Virus record (IMG/VR): IMGVR_UViG_3300024518_000018
Span: 1-34,489 of that record
DNA: 34,489 bases
Reading direction: 5' to 3' (one strand)
Source of the DNA: a virus
This document shows, piece after piece, positions 32,187 to 34,489 of the stretch; the first letter of the stretch is position 1; each line of letters opens with the position of its first letter. Below the pieces are notes generated by a model. That model searched no databases. It saw only the letters and a list, made by a program, of their open reading frames with translations, and was not told the origin of the DNA. A program made the position numbers and the translations under genes.

Positions 32187-33659
32187 CTAATAGCCGATCC
32201 CAGAGTAGACTTCTTCGTATTCTGGGATATCTTGTTCTTCTTGCCGTTTGGTTATTCTTTTAATGCACTCGTATTTTAGGACATCGATAAAGTGATCGTC
32301 TTTCTTTCTTGGACGGTTCGACATTTCTTTTCGTTCGCTGGTATTAGCTAAGATATGACTATCCCAAACATACCTTGTCATCTGGTAATTTAGACCTTTC
32401 AGATCTTTAAATAAATATAAACTGGGTTTCTTTTTGATTGTACCGTCTTGAGTCTTAACAATTTTTAATCTGCTTTTGATTGCGCCAAGTCCTAAGTTGT
32501 TGTCCTTCGTACACAAAATGGTATTGATCCCATTTCTTTGGAACTCCCGTCTAACAGTATGAACATTCGTTTGATCTTCGTCGGGATGAACATTTATAAC
32601 ATCGGGCTTTACGGAGGATGTATCTATCTGGCACCACTCTATATCAATAAATTTGTTCATCTGTTTTCTCGAGTTTTTAATAAGTAAGCTAAAATCACGT
32701 ATTAACATTGATTCTATTGGGGCTTTTATTTCTTCGACAATGTATAAAATGTCATTATCGTTATCATACAAAAACCTTAGCCAATGATGGCTGACCCTTT
32801 CGTGGGGGTCTATTCCCTCTGATATTTTCCATCGTCCTGGATTTTTTATTACAAGCTCAACATAATCAAACCGATCTATTCTATGATCTTCATTATATTC
32901 TTTAAATATTAACCCTTCTTTTATGTGCGGTTGACCTTCCCATCTCGACTGTTTTTCCTCTTCGTCCAAAGAGTCTAACAATTGCTTTTTGGCTTCCTCT
33001 GAAATGAACGGGTTCATGAAAGGTGTGAGTACACACGTCTTGTAACTTGGGTTATCTGATTGCCAAAATCTTGTCACTAACCTAGTGAAACCTTGTAACG
33101 CTGTGAATGTTAATATAGCAATTCCTTGCCTATCCGCTAACCTGACAATTGCCTCCTGATAGATGGAGAACGGACACTCTTCATCGATCCATATGCAGTC
33201 GATATCATCGCCTTGAAAAGCACCTTCACCTTGCTCGAACGTTTTGAAATAAACTACACTATTTTGATTTGATATAATTGTATTGTTCTTCCAACCTCGT
33301 ACACTGTTGTATTCTCCGTAATGCAGGTCTTGTTTTCTAATCATTTCATGGCATTTTCTTTGCTGGACTTTTACTGATAGGTCCGACAAAGTGGCACACC
33401 AGATACGCATATTGGAATACTGTTTTAAGATCTCTGCAACTATTCCCCCCCCTAATTCTGATTTACCCGACCTATTACCACCAAACACTACAAAGACATT
33501 GGGCCCTTCTTTTGTTCTGACCCTATCTAATATTGCTTTACGCATATCGTTTTGCTCTGGATATTTGTCCCACTCCATATAGTTAAGCCGATTGTCTACC
33601 CTGTCTCTTTTGAGGATTATCATCTTGCTGTATAGCTCTTTGAGTTTCTTCTCATTCAT
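32187..33659 (-). CDS. terL: Terminase large subunit
   Basis: Walker A FGGNRSGKSE, Walker B DCIWIDEE, and nuclease-domain landmarks GIDPH and KKDDHFIDVLKY. Confidence 0.9.
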   Translation of the reverse strand: MNEKKLKELYSKMIILKRDRVDNRLNYMEWDKYPEQNDMRKAILDRVRTKEGPNVFVVFGGNRSGKSELGGGIVAEILKQYSNMRIWCATLSDLSVKVQQRKCHEMIRKQDLHYGEYNSVRGWKNNTIISNQNSVVYFKTFEQGEGAFQGDDIDCIWIDEECPFSIYQEAIVRLADRQGIAILTFTALQGFTRLVTRFWQSDNPSYKTCVLTPFMNPFISEEAKKQLLDSLDEEEKQSRWEGQPHIKEGLIFKEYNEDHRIDRFDYVELVIKNPGRWKISEGIDPHERVSHHWLRFLYDNDNDILYIVEEIKAPIESMLIRDFSLLIKNSRKQMNKFIDIEWCQIDTSSVKPDVINVHPDEDQTNVHTVRREFQRNGINTILCTKDNNLGLGAIKSRLKIVKTQDGTIKKKPSLYLFKDLKGLNYQMTRYVWDSHILANTSERKEMSNRPRKKDDHFIDVLKYECIKRITKRQEEQDIPEYEEVYSGIGY

Positions 33660-34309
33660 GACTGTTCCCTTTTGAAAAAGCCTATGGCCGATTTATCAGA
33701 ATATTCTAAGTGAGGTAATTCTTTACCGAAATATTCATGTACCGCTTCCTTGCATCCACTGAAAGCGTTGTAGTCATCAATTATTATATATCCCCCTTCT
33801 ACTAAGAGAGGGTATAGATATTTGAGAGAAGCCTTTGTACTCTCATAAAAATCAGTATCTAGCCTTAGTAGTTTTATTTTATCTGGTAGGTTATCTTTCG
33901 ACCTTAATGTATTCTCCACCTTCCCTTTAACGTATCTGATATTGTCAGGGTCATAGCCTGTTCTTGCCATGTTCTTTTTAACCTCATCTAATGTTGAATA
34001 ACACCATCTCCTATCTTTTTTTTCATATATATCGGAGCATTTTTCTTTTGTTGGTATCTTGGTTTCCCTTGCGTTTGGTCTTGGCATCCCCTGAAAGGTA
34101 TCGTATAGCCATAGAGTATTGTGAGCTTTTCCCATCCTCAATAACGTTAAAGCCATGATCATGCTTGACCCGCCACGATATACCCCAGTTTCAACGTAAT
34201 CCCCATCCAACGGTTCGACTACTGCTATATTTTCCCACAAATTATGTTGCCTTCTAGCATTGGTCATAGTAAATCTTGATACTCGTTTTTCAAAAGGGTA
34301 TGTGCTCAT
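33656..34309 (-). CDS. TylF (macrocin O-methyltransferase)-family SAM-dependent methyltransferase
   Basis: DYVETGVYRGGS, LYDTFQGMP and LRLDTDFYESTKASLKYLYPLLVEGGYIIIDDY match the TylF-family signature as I recall it. ATGA overlap with terL. Confidence 0.75.
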   Translation of the reverse strand: MSTYPFEKRVSRFTMTNARRQHNLWENIAVVEPLDGDYVETGVYRGGSSMIMALTLLRMGKAHNTLWLYDTFQGMPRPNARETKIPTKEKCSDIYEKKDRRWCYSTLDEVKKNMARTGYDPDNIRYVKGKVENTLRSKDNLPDKIKLLRLDTDFYESTKASLKYLYPLLVEGGYIIIDDYNAFSGCKEAVHEYFGKELPHLEYSDKSAIGFFKREQS

Positions 34310-34350
34310 TTACTTATTTACTCATTTATTTGATTATTTGATTCAATTCA

Positions 34351-34379
34351 ATTATACTGTGCACACACTGGCTTGTAAA
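34351..34379 (-). promoter_or_regulatory. Sigma70-type promoter for the methyltransferase-terL operon
   Basis: Minus strand: TTTACA (34374-34379), 17-nt spacer, TATAAT (34351-34356), 41 nt upstream of the ATG at 34309. The spacer spans the repeat junction at 34363. Confidence 0.55.
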
Positions 34380-34489
34380 TTTAAATAGGAGGTGAAGACC
34401 CCAACTTCTCATTACGTTCATACATCAGCGTTTTGATAAGCATTCTTGATTACACTCGACTCTTAGAATTTGTTTGGATACGATCAAAG
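34363..34489. repeat. Right copy of exact 127-bp direct terminal repeat
   Basis: Identical to 1-127. The junction falls inside a promoter spacer, not at a gene boundary. Confidence 0.97.

Larger units (their letters stand above)
1..34489. mobile_element. Complete temperate podovirus-like dsDNA phage genome (unique unit 34,362 bp)
   Basis: Exact 127-bp end overlap. Terminase, portal, scaffold, capsid, internal-virion, fibre, lysis, integrase, repressor and replication modules are all present. No sheath/tube/tape-measure genes and no polymerases. Confidence 0.85.

Overview
The window is one complete, AT-rich dsDNA phage genome. G+C looks like roughly one third by eye; I did not compute it. Bases 1-127 recur exactly at 34363-34489, so the contig closes on itself with a unique length of 34,362 bp. 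Coding density is very high, and many neighbouring genes share ATGA or 1-nt overlaps.

Layout:
- A long minus-strand late block runs 34309 down to 10002. In order it holds a TylF-type methyltransferase, TerL, portal, two acidic scaffold-like proteins and the major capsid protein. Next comes a SpoVG-like gene with a glycosyltransferase/methyltransferase cassette, then a spike-base-like protein and tail/adaptor proteins. It ends with three internal-virion proteins, three paralogous tail fibres, an M15 endolysin and a holin-like protein.
- A non-coding gap of about 550 bp (9451-10001) is the probable attP region.
- The plus-strand lysogeny module has two paralogous XRE-type regulators (7298-8172) and a tyrosine integrase (8434-9450).
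- The minus-strand early block (7196 down to 3364) has a Cro-like protein, a Rad52-like annealing protein, a wHTH replication organiser, a VRR-NUC nuclease and small unknown genes.
- An inverted plus-strand cassette (1662-3358) holds an NDP-sugar dehydrogenase, small ORFs and an HTH protein.
- A short minus-strand block (1566 down to 150) ends in a TerS-like gene.

There are no tail sheath, tube or tape-measure genes and no DNA or RNA polymerase. This fits a temperate podovirus with T7-like order in its virion module.

The most unusual content is a phage-encoded sugar toolkit: four GT domains, two SAM methyltransferases and one dehydrogenase. Its core sits inside the structural operon, which suggests self-glycosylation of the virion.

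All homology calls were made by eye from motifs, with no searches run. I cannot assign a host.
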